A stretch of 51,538 nt of DNA. Origin: a virus (Duplodnaviria > Caudoviricetes). Location: IMG/VR virus record IMGVR_UViG_3300048571_000060, positions 1-51,538 of that record, one strand, 5' to 3'. Below are positions 38,068 to 46,321 of this stretch, piece by piece (position 1 is the first letter of the stretch; every line of letters begins with the position of its first letter). Under the pieces are notes generated by a model. It had not been told where the DNA came from. It was given only the letters and a program-made list of their open reading frames with translations, and did not search any database. The translations under genes and the position numbers were made by a program.

Positions 38068-38377
38068 TTGATATGTTTTTAAATTTTACATTCAGTTTCA
38101 CTGCCGGATTTTGTGCAAGGTTTGAAAATGTTTTAGCAATTTTCAATCCCTCTTTTTCATCTTTAAACTCAACAGTTACATCAATTTCACCTTTGTAACC
38201 ATTCTCAACGACGCCTTCCATAAGTTCAGCGCATTGTGATTGAGTTAATTTTTTAACATTACCTTTCAAGTCAACAAGTGAGCCGCTGATTTTTGGATAA
38301 ATTCGTTCTTTTCTACCTAAATATCTATCGTGCATATGAATATCATGCAGTTGATTTGTGTTCATTGTTTTTTCCAT
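38048..38377 (-). CDS. hypothetical protein
   Basis: ORF between queE and the clamp gene. Confidence 0.6.
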   Translation of the reverse strand: MEKTMNTNQLHDIHMHDRYLGRKERIYPKISGSLVDLKGNVKKLTQSQCAELMEGVVENGYKGEIDVTVEFKDEKEGLKIAKTFSNLAQNPAVKLNVKFKNISNDKNKN

Positions 38378-38378
38378 T

Positions 38379-39089
38379 TTATACGCCTGTTTTTTGGTTC
38401 CAAATTACTATGTGAAGTCTTTCTGAATATCTGATGCCTTGTTGAATACATAGCTCAGCAACTATTGGTCTTGTCACAGCTAATTTGTCTTGTGTTTCGC
38501 CAGCTGGCATTAAACAGACGTTTGCCATATTAAGATGGTCACCATAGTCCTGCAAGATATCTATAAAATCTTCTTTTTGTGCGATTACAAATTTGAAAAT
38601 TATCTTTTTTCTAATCTGCGGTAAATTGTTTAAGAATTGAATCACTAATGGCTTGACTCTGCGTTCATATGGTTCGCCACTGTTTGCAAGTTTTGGAGAA
38701 CAGTTCCAATATTCAACATTAGAAATCATACCATCATTTGGCATAAGAGTTCCATTGGTTTCAACTTCTATGATTGGAAGAAAACCAAATTGTTCAAAAA
38801 ACCATTCAATGAACTCAACTATTTTCTTTTGATGCATAAGTGGCTCGCCGCCTGTAAACACCAAGTGAGCACCATATTTTAAAATTTGAACCTCCTCATC
38901 AGTAAACACTTCACTGAATGGTGTTTTTGTGCCCTTGCGCCATACTTCAATAGTATCGCAGACCCAACTGTCAGATTGACATAATATGTTACATCCTGAT
39001 AGACGTACAAAAATTGCCGGAATGCCCATTGTTTGGCCCTCGCCCTGAATACTGTAAAATTTTTCTGAAATAAATAAGTTATCTTTCAT
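38379..39089 (-). CDS. queE: 7-carboxy-7-deazaguanine synthase (radical SAM); start MKDNLF at 39089
   Basis: 'EKFYSIQGEG', 'FVRLSGCNILC....CDT', 'TGGEPL', 'VETNGT', 'CSPK', 'RLH'. Confidence 0.93.
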   Translation of the reverse strand: MKDNLFISEKFYSIQGEGQTMGIPAIFVRLSGCNILCQSDSWVCDTIEVWRKGTKTPFSEVFTDEEVQILKYGAHLVFTGGEPLMHQKKIVEFIEWFFEQFGFLPIIEVETNGTLMPNDGMISNVEYWNCSPKLANSGEPYERRVKPLVIQFLNNLPQIRKKIIFKFVIAQKEDFIDILQDYGDHLNMANVCLMPAGETQDKLAVTRPIVAELCIQQGIRYSERLHIVIWNQKTGV

Positions 39090-39570
39090 CTTCAAATGGA
39101 TTAAATTGTGGATTAAATTGCATTCTATTAAACTCGTCCCAATCAAAATGAAGCAAAGTCATGTATCTTTCAACTGTTTGTTGGTCAAGTCCTGTTTTGT
39201 TTGATATAGTGGTTGGTTTGATTTCTAATTCTTTCAACCTTGCAACTGCTTGAGCGATACCAAGATAATCAAGTCTTGACTGATGCACATTAAGGGCAAT
39301 TCTATAAAGCTCGTATTCGCCTGGTTTCAATTCACCTAAATTGTAGCATAAGATTTTTTTAAGTCTGAGAGCCTTTAGTGTTTTGAAATACTTTCCACCG
39401 TCAACAATTAAGTATTGGCCATCATGTTCACAAACAGTGATTGATTTATACTGCCCAAAATGATTGTTGATTCTGTTCATTGTCACTGCCACGTTTTTGT
39501 CAATTGGCTCAACAGTGTGAAAGTTTGGCTTAATTATTTTGTCAGTTTTTAAAATTTCAAATCTTCCCAT
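39079..39570 (-). CDS. ParB/Srx-like N-terminal domain protein with a C-terminal HTH
   Basis: 'FGQYKSITV....QYLIVDG' pattern with a degenerate Arg patch; 'TISNKTGLDQQTVERY' HTH. Confidence 0.65.
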   Translation of the reverse strand: MGRFEILKTDKIIKPNFHTVEPIDKNVAVTMNRINNHFGQYKSITVCEHDGQYLIVDGGKYFKTLKALRLKKILCYNLGELKPGEYELYRIALNVHQSRLDYLGIAQAVARLKELEIKPTTISNKTGLDQQTVERYMTLLHFDWDEFNRMQFNPQFNPFEDER

Positions 39571-40349
39571 ACGATACCTTTTTTATTCCAAAGTTGTGTG
39601 ATATATTCTTGTGTTTTTTTTGTTTCAATAATTGCTTTTTCAAGCCGTTGCCAATCGTCGTCGTAACATTCGATTGATTTCGCTTTAAATATGTCGTCTC
39701 GTTCACTAAAAGCCATTATAGGACGCGAATATCGTCCGAAAATTACCGTGCTTAATGGCGACGTAGAATCGACGCTAAAAAACGGATATCGTTCAATCAG
39801 CCCTGTTTTTGTCATTGCCAAACCGTGAACCTTAACTTTGTCACGAGTAATTGAAAATATCTTATCTAGATACGGTAACGAATCGTTCGCGATTAAAATA
39901 TAATCTTGACCTTCATTAACCCAATCCTGTAAGACGGTAAAAGTAGCATTGTCTAACGTCGGATGATATACGCGACAAAATTTAGCAACCAAACCATCTA
40001 ACGCCTGGACTTTGTAATACATTTCATCAATCTGCTCTTTTGGTAAATCAAGATAAACGTCAAACTCAACAAATACGAGTTTTCTATGTTTGTTTGCTTT
40101 AATGTATTCAAAGTATTCATCAATAAATTCACCAGCTGGTTTCAATTTTGTTTTACGCTTCATACCTATTGGCGTCATAGCGGCTTTGTTCCAACTATGA
40201 GCACCACTATCAACCATTAAAAAATATTCGTCATTCCAAGTGTCAATCTGCTTTCTTTCGTTAAGCATTGAATAGAGTTTTGGAACGTTGTGTTTGTAGC
40301 AGTTCAATTCACTGCCTCTGGTATCGCTACCAGCCACCATGATTAACAT
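39549..40349 (-). CDS. dpdA: DpdA-like TGT-fold DNA guanine transglycosylase
   Basis: 'MVDSGAHS', 'VYH', 'KVHGLA' and 'FFSVDSTS' TGT-fold motifs inside a folE/queD/queE cluster. Confidence 0.7.
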   Translation of the reverse strand: MLIMVAGSDTRGSELNCYKHNVPKLYSMLNERKQIDTWNDEYFLMVDSGAHSWNKAAMTPIGMKRKTKLKPAGEFIDEYFEYIKANKHRKLVFVEFDVYLDLPKEQIDEMYYKVQALDGLVAKFCRVYHPTLDNATFTVLQDWVNEGQDYILIANDSLPYLDKIFSITRDKVKVHGLAMTKTGLIERYPFFSVDSTSPLSTVIFGRYSRPIMAFSERDDIFKAKSIECYDDDWQRLEKAIIETKKTQEYITQLWNKKGIVWEDLKF

Positions 40350-41488
40350 TTTTCAATCAGTTTAGATATATAATAATGTTCATGCCATACATTGAATTCT
40401 TGATTTCCTATATCGTTTAACATTATGTAGGTTTTAAGTTTTCTACCTAAATCACAAATATATGCGACATTATGATGTTGTTGACGCTTGTGAATACAAT
40501 CGTTTAAAACCTTAACAGCAGATTCAACTTTGAATGGTTGATACAATCTGTCAGGATTTAAGATTTCAGGAAAGCTTCTAAAGTCAGGATAACATACGTC
40601 ACAATCAAACAGCGTGGCTTCAATTAAAGTCCAACTCACATAGTCTTGCAAAGCTGAATTAAATTGTACTTTACTTTTTTGAAGTTCAGTATAATATTCC
40701 TCTTTTGACAGTCCGGCTTTTAAAATAAACCTATCATTTTCAGACGCTATGTATTTCATATAATCAACAAAGCCAGGTATCGAGCTTTTAAACTCACTTC
40801 CAGACGTTGTAACAACCCATTTATAATCAGTATTTTCACGTAAAAAACGCAAAGCAGTTTCAACCATAAAATAAGGATTTTTTTCCTTATCTAATCTAGA
40901 TGTATAAATAATTTGGTCGCGTTTTGCGTAGATTTTTTCGCAAGTCTTAACGGCTAATTCCGCATGAATTGGCAATCCAACCACGTGAATTGGTGCTTTA
41001 AATCCGGCTTCACGAAGTTGTTGTTTATGGATGCCGCTACCAACGAAGATTCCTTTATGATAAGCATCAATACCAAGTTCAAAATGACGCATCCATTTTC
41101 TCATTGGGTGAGTAAAGTCATATTCGTCTACGCTTTGAGCGTGAAGCATTGAATAGACGTCAACTTTGATGTTATACAAATCAAGCATATAAAAGACTGA
41201 TTCAATTCCCGGCGTCCAAAAGTCCTGTAAATACAAAATGTCTCCGGTTTTTACAATTCCTCCAGATATAGCATTCATAAGCTGTTGGCATTGACTCATT
41301 GAATAAACTCCCCGACCATAAGCATCTAAAACTGAACCAACCCTAATTTCGTTGGTTTCAATTTCACCACGTAATTGAATAAAATTGATTTTCTTGCTTT
41401 TAAATGTTTCAGGAATCCATTGTTCGCTGAGCTGATAAGTGTATCGCTCTTTAAGTGGTTCAAGACCAAAGTACCATAAATTTCTCAT
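40343..41488 (-). CDS. GT-B fold glycosyltransferase (GT4-like)
   Basis: 'IIYTSRLDKEKNP', donor-binding D-x7-E 'QDYVSWTLIEA', 'YPDFRSFPE'. Confidence 0.82.
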   Translation of the reverse strand: MRNLWYFGLEPLKERYTYQLSEQWIPETFKSKKINFIQLRGEIETNEIRVGSVLDAYGRGVYSMSQCQQLMNAISGGIVKTGDILYLQDFWTPGIESVFYMLDLYNIKVDVYSMLHAQSVDEYDFTHPMRKWMRHFELGIDAYHKGIFVGSGIHKQQLREAGFKAPIHVVGLPIHAELAVKTCEKIYAKRDQIIYTSRLDKEKNPYFMVETALRFLRENTDYKWVVTTSGSEFKSSIPGFVDYMKYIASENDRFILKAGLSKEEYYTELQKSKVQFNSALQDYVSWTLIEATLFDCDVCYPDFRSFPEILNPDRLYQPFKVESAVKVLNDCIHKRQQHHNVAYICDLGRKLKTYIMLNDIGNQEFNVWHEHYYISKLIEKC

Positions 41489-41501
41489 AAACTGCTCAGT
41501 T

Positions 41502-41945
41502 TTAAATGTCGTGACGGTCGTGAATGTAGTCTTGACGGGTTACTTTTTGTCCATTGTGAAGCGTGAAACAATACATTTCGTGACTTCTAGGACACACTTT
41601 TATAGAATCGCTACTCTTTAGCTCAGCCAACTCTGGAACGTCAATCCAAAGCAGGATATGACATTTTAAAATCATGCTTTTTGGAATCTCTTTAATGTTG
41701 TCAGGCTTTGCTTCAAGCGTAAACATTTTTTTATCCTCGTCAATTAGCTTTTCAATAATTTCCCAGGTGATTTTTTGTTGAGTGTTTGTGCCTGACATTT
41801 TTGAAATCAACGTTGGACCAATTAGTATGTGGTTAAACTTTTTAACAACTGTTTCGAAAGTGTCAAAATCATCACTCACAAACAGCGTTTCCAATCCAAA
41901 AAGACGTCCTTCAATCTCTTTGCCGTACCAATATTTTTTTCTCAT
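41502..41945 (-). CDS. unknown protein within the modification cluster
   Basis: 'WYGKEIEGRLFGLETLFV'; start overlaps the stop of the DpdL-like gene. Confidence 0.7.
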   Translation of the reverse strand: MRKKYWYGKEIEGRLFGLETLFVSDDFDTFETVVKKFNHILIGPTLISKMSGTNTQQKITWEIIEKLIDEDKKMFTLEAKPDNIKEIPKSMILKCHILLWIDVPELAELKSSDSIKVCPRSHEMYCFTLHNGQKVTRQDYIHDRHDI

Positions 41946-42289
41946 AGTTCAATAATGATTTCAGCTCCGTTTTCATTGTCCTCAAGAACTTTGCAGTAAT
42001 TGAGCTGAAAAGTTTCAATCAACCTAACTGCTATCATTTCACAGCTCATTGAGTTAAAATCATGCACTGATTTTTCATTGCCATACATTTTTTTCAACCA
42101 CAATGTGATTTCACGCTTTAATTCAATAATCTCAACATCCCTGTCAAGGTGTGTGACTGCTTTTTTGCATTCGATGTGAAAGATGTGTCTGTGAGGAAAT
42201 TTCAAGAATGAAACTTCTTCGATAGGGCACTCAGGCCAATGGTGAATGCCCTCTACTTGAAGATTTACAATGATATTACTTTTTTGCAT
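41942..42289 (-). CDS. dpdL: QueD-like T-fold protein, DpdL-like (putative CDG decarboxylase); start MQKSNI at 42289
   Basis: 'EGIHHWP', LxxxHRHxF (LKFPHRHIF), 'DRDVE', 'SCEMIA', 'EDNENGA'. Confidence 0.65.
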   Translation of the reverse strand: MQKSNIIVNLQVEGIHHWPECPIEEVSFLKFPHRHIFHIECKKAVTHLDRDVEIIELKREITLWLKKMYGNEKSVHDFNSMSCEMIAVRLIETFQLNYCKVLEDNENGAEIIIEL

Positions 42290-42905
42290 TCTTTTTTGAT
42301 TTTTTATTTGATTTTTTATCCGTTGCAGGTTTGTCAGATGCTGTTGGCTTGTCTGCCGCAGGTTTGTCAGCGCCTTTTTTGTTTTTAGTAGCATCTGTTG
42401 CCAATTTGGCTTTGTGCAATTTGATAACGCTCCAAATTCTACCGTAAGACACATCATGTTTAGTGGCGTAGGCGTTGATGTCAAATTTTGCCGGGTCTTT
42501 GTCGTAATCTGCACGAACTTTGTCAAAGAATTTTTTGTCCAATTTTTTGTGATTGCTTAAATTTGATTTAGCTTTCTTTACCTCTTTAGGCTTGTCAGCC
42601 GCTTTGTTTTTTCCTTTGTCAGCCGCTTTTGGCTTGTCTGCTGACTTATCTGTCGCAGTTGCTTTAGGCTTGTCAGCTGTTTTGTCAGCGGCTTTTGGTT
42701 TATCGTCTGCCGTTGCTTTTGGTTTGGCTGTTTGAAAATAGCGTTCTTTCAAAACGTCTACTTTAAATGCTTTTCTTTCTCCGTTCACAGTCAAACGAAC
42801 TGTTCCTTTGTTTGCTGTTACTGGTAATTTTGTCAATCTGTTTGTGATTGTTCCGTCCTCACTCATATCGTAGTTAGGCGCTTCTGCTAATTTTAATGTT
42901 TTCAT
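42276..42905 (-). CDS. Lys/Ala-rich putative DNA-binding protein (NUMOD4-like N-terminus, KPKAADK repeats, HTH-like segment)
   Basis: 'PNYDMSEDGTITN....VRLTVNGERK'; histone H1-like composition. Confidence 0.6.
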   Translation of the reverse strand: MKTLKLAEAPNYDMSEDGTITNRLTKLPVTANKGTVRLTVNGERKAFKVDVLKERYFQTAKPKATADDKPKAADKTADKPKATATDKSADKPKAADKGKNKAADKPKEVKKAKSNLSNHKKLDKKFFDKVRADYDKDPAKFDINAYATKHDVSYGRIWSVIKLHKAKLATDATKNKKGADKPAADKPTASDKPATDKKSNKKSKKNAKK

Positions 42906-42934
42906 GATACTCGTTTTTTAAGTTTTTAAAATAT

Positions 42935-43180
42935 TTATTTAATTAATTTGCCACAAAGTGGATAGATTCTCGTATAGTAATTGGTACCTGGTTTGATGTG
43001 CTTTGTTCCTTTAAATGTGATTTTCTCTTCAGCGATGTGGTCTTGTCTACTTGCATATCCAATACAGCCTCTGTCGTTGCTTTCAACGTTTTTAGTCCCT
43101 ATCAGTTTTCCATCTACTATATATTCAATGAAAAAGCCTAATTCTTCAAACCTTGTTTCGTGTAATGTATTTGAATCCAT
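42935..43180 (-). CDS. small hypothetical early protein (start MDSNTL at 43180)
   Basis: ATG 13 nt downstream of promoter copy 3. Confidence 0.65.
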   Translation of the reverse strand: MDSNTLHETRFEELGFFIEYIVDGKLIGTKNVESNDRGCIGYASRQDHIAEEKITFKGTKHIKPGTNYYTRIYPLCGKLIK

Positions 43181-43193
43181 CTTGTTTGTGTTT

Positions 43194-43259
43194 GTTGTTC
43201 TACTCTGCGAATATATGAACAATATTTTAACCGCAAAACATTTTGCAAACTTTTTTCAA
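43194..43259 (-). promoter_or_regulatory. conserved early promoter/operator element, copy 3 of 4
   Basis: - strand TGCAAAATGTTTTGCGG...TATATTCGCAGAGTAGAACAAC. Confidence 0.75.
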
Positions 43260-43267
43260 GATTTTTT

Positions 43268-43753
43268 TTATTCAGCTATGTAAATCGCTGAATTCTTATC
43301 GTGCTCTATACATTCCACTGAAAGCAATTTTACTCGATTTTCTATAAAATCACTTTCAATTTGCTGTTCGATGAAGTCAAATACATACTTTGCAAAAGCT
43401 TCACAACCAACATTTGGCATAGTTCTTAATTGAATTAACTGCATTGTATCGAAGTCGTCAAAATATTCATACATAGGGTCATCACTTGCGACAACTGTTG
43501 TATGGTCAAACATATAATTGAACCAGTCTTTAATGGTTACAACTTTTTTAGGTAGTTTTCCTGGCGTGTTTTCTTTCAGCTTTGTTTTTAAAAATCCAAA
43601 GTCTTGGACCCAATTTTTATCATCAAGTCCTTTGGCTTGAAAGGTAAGTTTGAAACTAACTGAATATCCGTGTAAAAAGTTGCAATGCGAATTCGCTCGC
43701 CATTGTCTAAAACAGGTACTAAAACCGTCTACTAATTTAGTTGATTGATACAT
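43268..43753 (-). CDS. queD: 6-carboxy-5,6,7,8-tetrahydropterin synthase
   Basis: 'CFRQWRANSHCNFLHGY', 'WVQDFG', 'FDHT', 'GCE', 'EHDKNSA'. Confidence 0.9.
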   Translation of the reverse strand: MYQSTKLVDGFSTCFRQWRANSHCNFLHGYSVSFKLTFQAKGLDDKNWVQDFGFLKTKLKENTPGKLPKKVVTIKDWFNYMFDHTTVVASDDPMYEYFDDFDTMQLIQLRTMPNVGCEAFAKYVFDFIEQQIESDFIENRVKLLSVECIEHDKNSAIYIAE

Positions 43754-43755
43754 AA

Positions 43756-44406
43756 TTATTTAGTGTTTAAAAATTCGTTTCTTACTTCTTGATTTTCTTT
43801 AAACGACCCGCCCAATTTTCTTGTTGTGGTCCAGCAGTTTTTATCCTCAATCCCTCTTGCTTTAACGCAATGGTGAACAGCTCGTATTTCAACAGCTACG
43901 TCTTCAGTTTCCAAAATTAAAACCAATGCCGCTTGTATCTGCAAAGTCAAACGTTCCTGAATTTGAGGTCGCTTACTAAAAAACCTGACAATCCTGTTTA
44001 ATTTTGAAAGCCCCAAAACTTTGTCCTTTGGAATGTAGGCAACTTTGGCGACACCTTCAATGTTTTGAAAGTGATGCTCACACACACTACTCACATCAAC
44101 ACCGCCCTCAATAACCATTTCGTCAGCTTTGAATTTGTTATGCACGTTGGTACATTTTGGAAAGTGGTCATAATTTAATCCTTCAAAAATCTCACAGCTG
44201 AACATCTTTGCAATTCGCATTGGTGTATCCTGCAGACTGTCGTCATTTAAGTCAAGGCCTAACGCTTTCATAATGTGCGTAAAACTTTCCTCAATAATTG
44301 TTTTTTGCTCTTCAGTTTTGTATTTACCATTCACAAATGGCGTTTCAATACCAAGTTCCTTCAAATGTTCGTGAACCTGTTTTCCTAATTCCTTGTCTGT
44401 GTTCAT
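43756..44406 (-). CDS. folE: GTP cyclohydrolase I
   Basis: 'DTPMRIAKM', 'SVCEHH', 'GLSKLNR', 'RPQIQERLT', 'HHCVKARG'. Confidence 0.96.
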   Translation of the reverse strand: MNTDKELGKQVHEHLKELGIETPFVNGKYKTEEQKTIIEESFTHIMKALGLDLNDDSLQDTPMRIAKMFSCEIFEGLNYDHFPKCTNVHNKFKADEMVIEGGVDVSSVCEHHFQNIEGVAKVAYIPKDKVLGLSKLNRIVRFFSKRPQIQERLTLQIQAALVLILETEDVAVEIRAVHHCVKARGIEDKNCWTTTRKLGGSFKENQEVRNEFLNTK

Positions 44407-44407
44407 A

Positions 44408-44647
44408 TTATTCTTCTTGATTTTCTGGTTTCTTTAGATTGTGTGTTTCAATAAGTTTTAACACTTTCATTTCAAGCCCTGTAAAAGTTTTGAATGAAAA
44501 GAATTCACCGTTAAACATTCCCTGAAATGGATTCATCCAATTAGGTCCTTTGGCTTTGTGCCAAATGTCAAGCCCGTTTTCTTCGTTGTTGAAAGTGAAT
44601 TCCTCACCGTCAATCAGTTGCTGTTTTGTGAAAAGTTGATTATTCAT
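44408..44647 (-). CDS. small hypothetical early protein
   Basis: 79 aa; ATG 13 nt downstream of promoter copy 4. Confidence 0.7.
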   Translation of the reverse strand: MNNQLFTKQQLIDGEEFTFNNEENGLDIWHKAKGPNWMNPFQGMFNGEFFSFKTFTGLEMKVLKLIETHNLKKPENQEE

Positions 44648-44660
44648 TTTGTTGGTTTTA

Positions 44661-44726
44661 GTTGTTCTACTCTGCGAATATATGACAAGATTTCTAACCG
44701 CAAAATTTTTCGCATATTTTTTTCAA
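44661..44726 (-). promoter_or_regulatory. conserved early promoter/operator element, copy 4 of 4
   Basis: - strand TGCGAAAAATTTTGCGG...TATATTCGCAGAGTAGAACAAC. Confidence 0.75.
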
Positions 44727-44923
44727 ATCTTACTAAAATATTTATCAATTGTCTTACTTATCATATAATGGCTTACTCCAAATTTTTGCTTCATCGCTTC
44801 ATATGTATTGTTCTTTTCCTTCAAATAGAACTCAATTATCTGTTCTTCAAGATATGGCGTTAACTCAACAGGCGAAAGCTTTGTTCCGTTATTATTAAAA
44901 CGGGAGGTCGTCTTGCTCTTCAT
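44723..44923 (-). CDS. small HTH-like protein
   Basis: 'TYEAMKQKFGVSHYMISKTI' HTH pattern. Confidence 0.55.
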   Translation of the reverse strand: MKSKTTSRFNNNGTKLSPVELTPYLEEQIIEFYLKEKNNTYEAMKQKFGVSHYMISKTIDKYFSKI

Positions 44924-46118
44924 TTATTTTTCCATTAAATTCATTCGCTTGATGCGAAGGTGATTCAGTACTTGCGGCTATTCCGTTATAGTCAACCCAA
45001 TAACGCTGAATGCCGCCCTTCATAATTTTGTGCTTGGTGTGTTTTGCCAATGCTTTGCCCATTGGAACTGAACTCATCTTTGATTGAAACGCTGGAACAT
45101 TAACCAATATTTTCTGTATCACTTCACTGCCTGAAAGCATCTCGCCATCACCCTTTGCATTGTTGCAAGTAAAGTATCGTAAAAACAATTCTTCCTCCAA
45201 ACTAACAGTTCTAAATTTTTCATTTGATTGGTTGATTTCACGGATTTCATCAATATTGAACCAATGCCTGTAACCGTCTTTCCATAGCTTATACGCTTGA
45301 GCCCAAATCATATCAGGGTTGATTTTATGTCTATAATCAATACTTTTTACCTTAAACACCAACCAACGTCTGTTTCCTGTTGTATCTGATAGAAACTTAT
45401 CCTCGTTGACTGAGCCTAAAAAAGATGCTCTTCTGACAAGATGTGACGTGTACCGCCCATAAGATTTACGAACGCTGATTCGTTGTCTTGTGATATATGA
45501 TTTAATTGCTGAAATGTCATTGCTTCGCAAAGTTTCAAGTTCGTCCAAGTGAATAAACCAATATTGACTCAAGTACATTGTGTGGTCCTTGTTTTTGGTG
45601 TCAATATTTCCTTCATACAGATATTCAGATTGAAATTGCTTTGGCAATAATGAACGCATCCACCTGGTTTTTCCAACTCCTTGTCCGGATTGAAAAACCA
45701 AACAAACGTCATTTACGCTGTCTGTTCGCAGTAGGCAGTCAATACATCCAACAAGATACCGTTCTAAAGTTTTTTCAAAGTGCTTATCATTATCAGTCTT
45801 GATAGTTTTTGAAATCTTTTTAATCCAATTTTTACCGTCCCATTTTGCAAGGTTGTCAAAGTATTCTTCAAATGGATTGTATTCTGTGGCAAAATCCATA
45901 CTTTCAATAAATATATCAACCTTGTCTGAGGGAACGTCTATGTGTTCAGCCATCAACTCAAGCAGTATTGATTTTCTATATCTATCGTCGTATTTTTTCC
46001 ATTTTGAATTCTTTTTGTTTTTCCTAAACTCATAGAAGTTGGTTACAACATTGAAACGAAATATGTATTTAGATGAAATGTAGTTGAAAGCATTGCTGTT
46101 CTTTCCATTAAATTTCAT
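44895..46118 (-). CDS. VapE/VirE-like P-loop helicase
   Basis: 'YNPFEEY', 'WDG', 'SGQGVGKT', 'LDEL', 'RKSYG', 'FLSDTTGNRRW'. Confidence 0.88.
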   Translation of the reverse strand: MKFNGKNSNAFNYISSKYIFRFNVVTNFYEFRKNKKNSKWKKYDDRYRKSILLELMAEHIDVPSDKVDIFIESMDFATEYNPFEEYFDNLAKWDGKNWIKKISKTIKTDNDKHFEKTLERYLVGCIDCLLRTDSVNDVCLVFQSGQGVGKTRWMRSLLPKQFQSEYLYEGNIDTKNKDHTMYLSQYWFIHLDELETLRSNDISAIKSYITRQRISVRKSYGRYTSHLVRRASFLGSVNEDKFLSDTTGNRRWLVFKVKSIDYRHKINPDMIWAQAYKLWKDGYRHWFNIDEIREINQSNEKFRTVSLEEELFLRYFTCNNAKGDGEMLSGSEVIQKILVNVPAFQSKMSSVPMGKALAKHTKHKIMKGGIQRYWVDYNGIAASTESPSHQANEFNGKINEEQDDLPF

Positions 46119-46319
46119 TTATTTTCTATTTTTTGTTGCTTTGGTAATTCTATGAATTTTTGCGCGGTTGTATCTTTGTTCGTCTATTTCATTAACTCTG
46201 CCTTTTTTGTCAGCTTCCCAAAATTTGAAGCCGTTTTTTGTTGTAAGTAGCACTCTGCCATCTTTTAATTCTATTTCACTGCTTATTAGGTTTTGATTTT
46301 TGAATTCGGTTAGCTCCAT
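46119..46319 (-). CDS. hypothetical protein
   Basis: 66-aa ORF abutting its neighbours. Confidence 0.6.
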   Translation of the reverse strand: MELTEFKNQNLISSEIELKDGRVLLTTKNGFKFWEADKKGRVNEIDEQRYNRAKIHRITKATKNRK

Positions 46320-46321
46320 AA

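Noticed and set aside
39079-39570. Plasmid-prophage partition system
   Set aside because: No ParA or recognisable plasmid Rep; the ParB motif is degenerate and the gene is embedded in the modification operon.
42276-42905. HNH homing endonuclease
   Set aside because: Only the NUMOD4-like N-terminus is present; the HNH catalytic motif is replaced by Lys/Ala repeats.
38379-44406. Auxiliary queuosine (tRNA) or folate biosynthesis genes
   Set aside because: No queC, queF, queA or tRNA genes were seen. The TGT-fold protein is short and lacks the Zn-binding C-terminal motif of tRNA Tgt, so DNA modification fits better.
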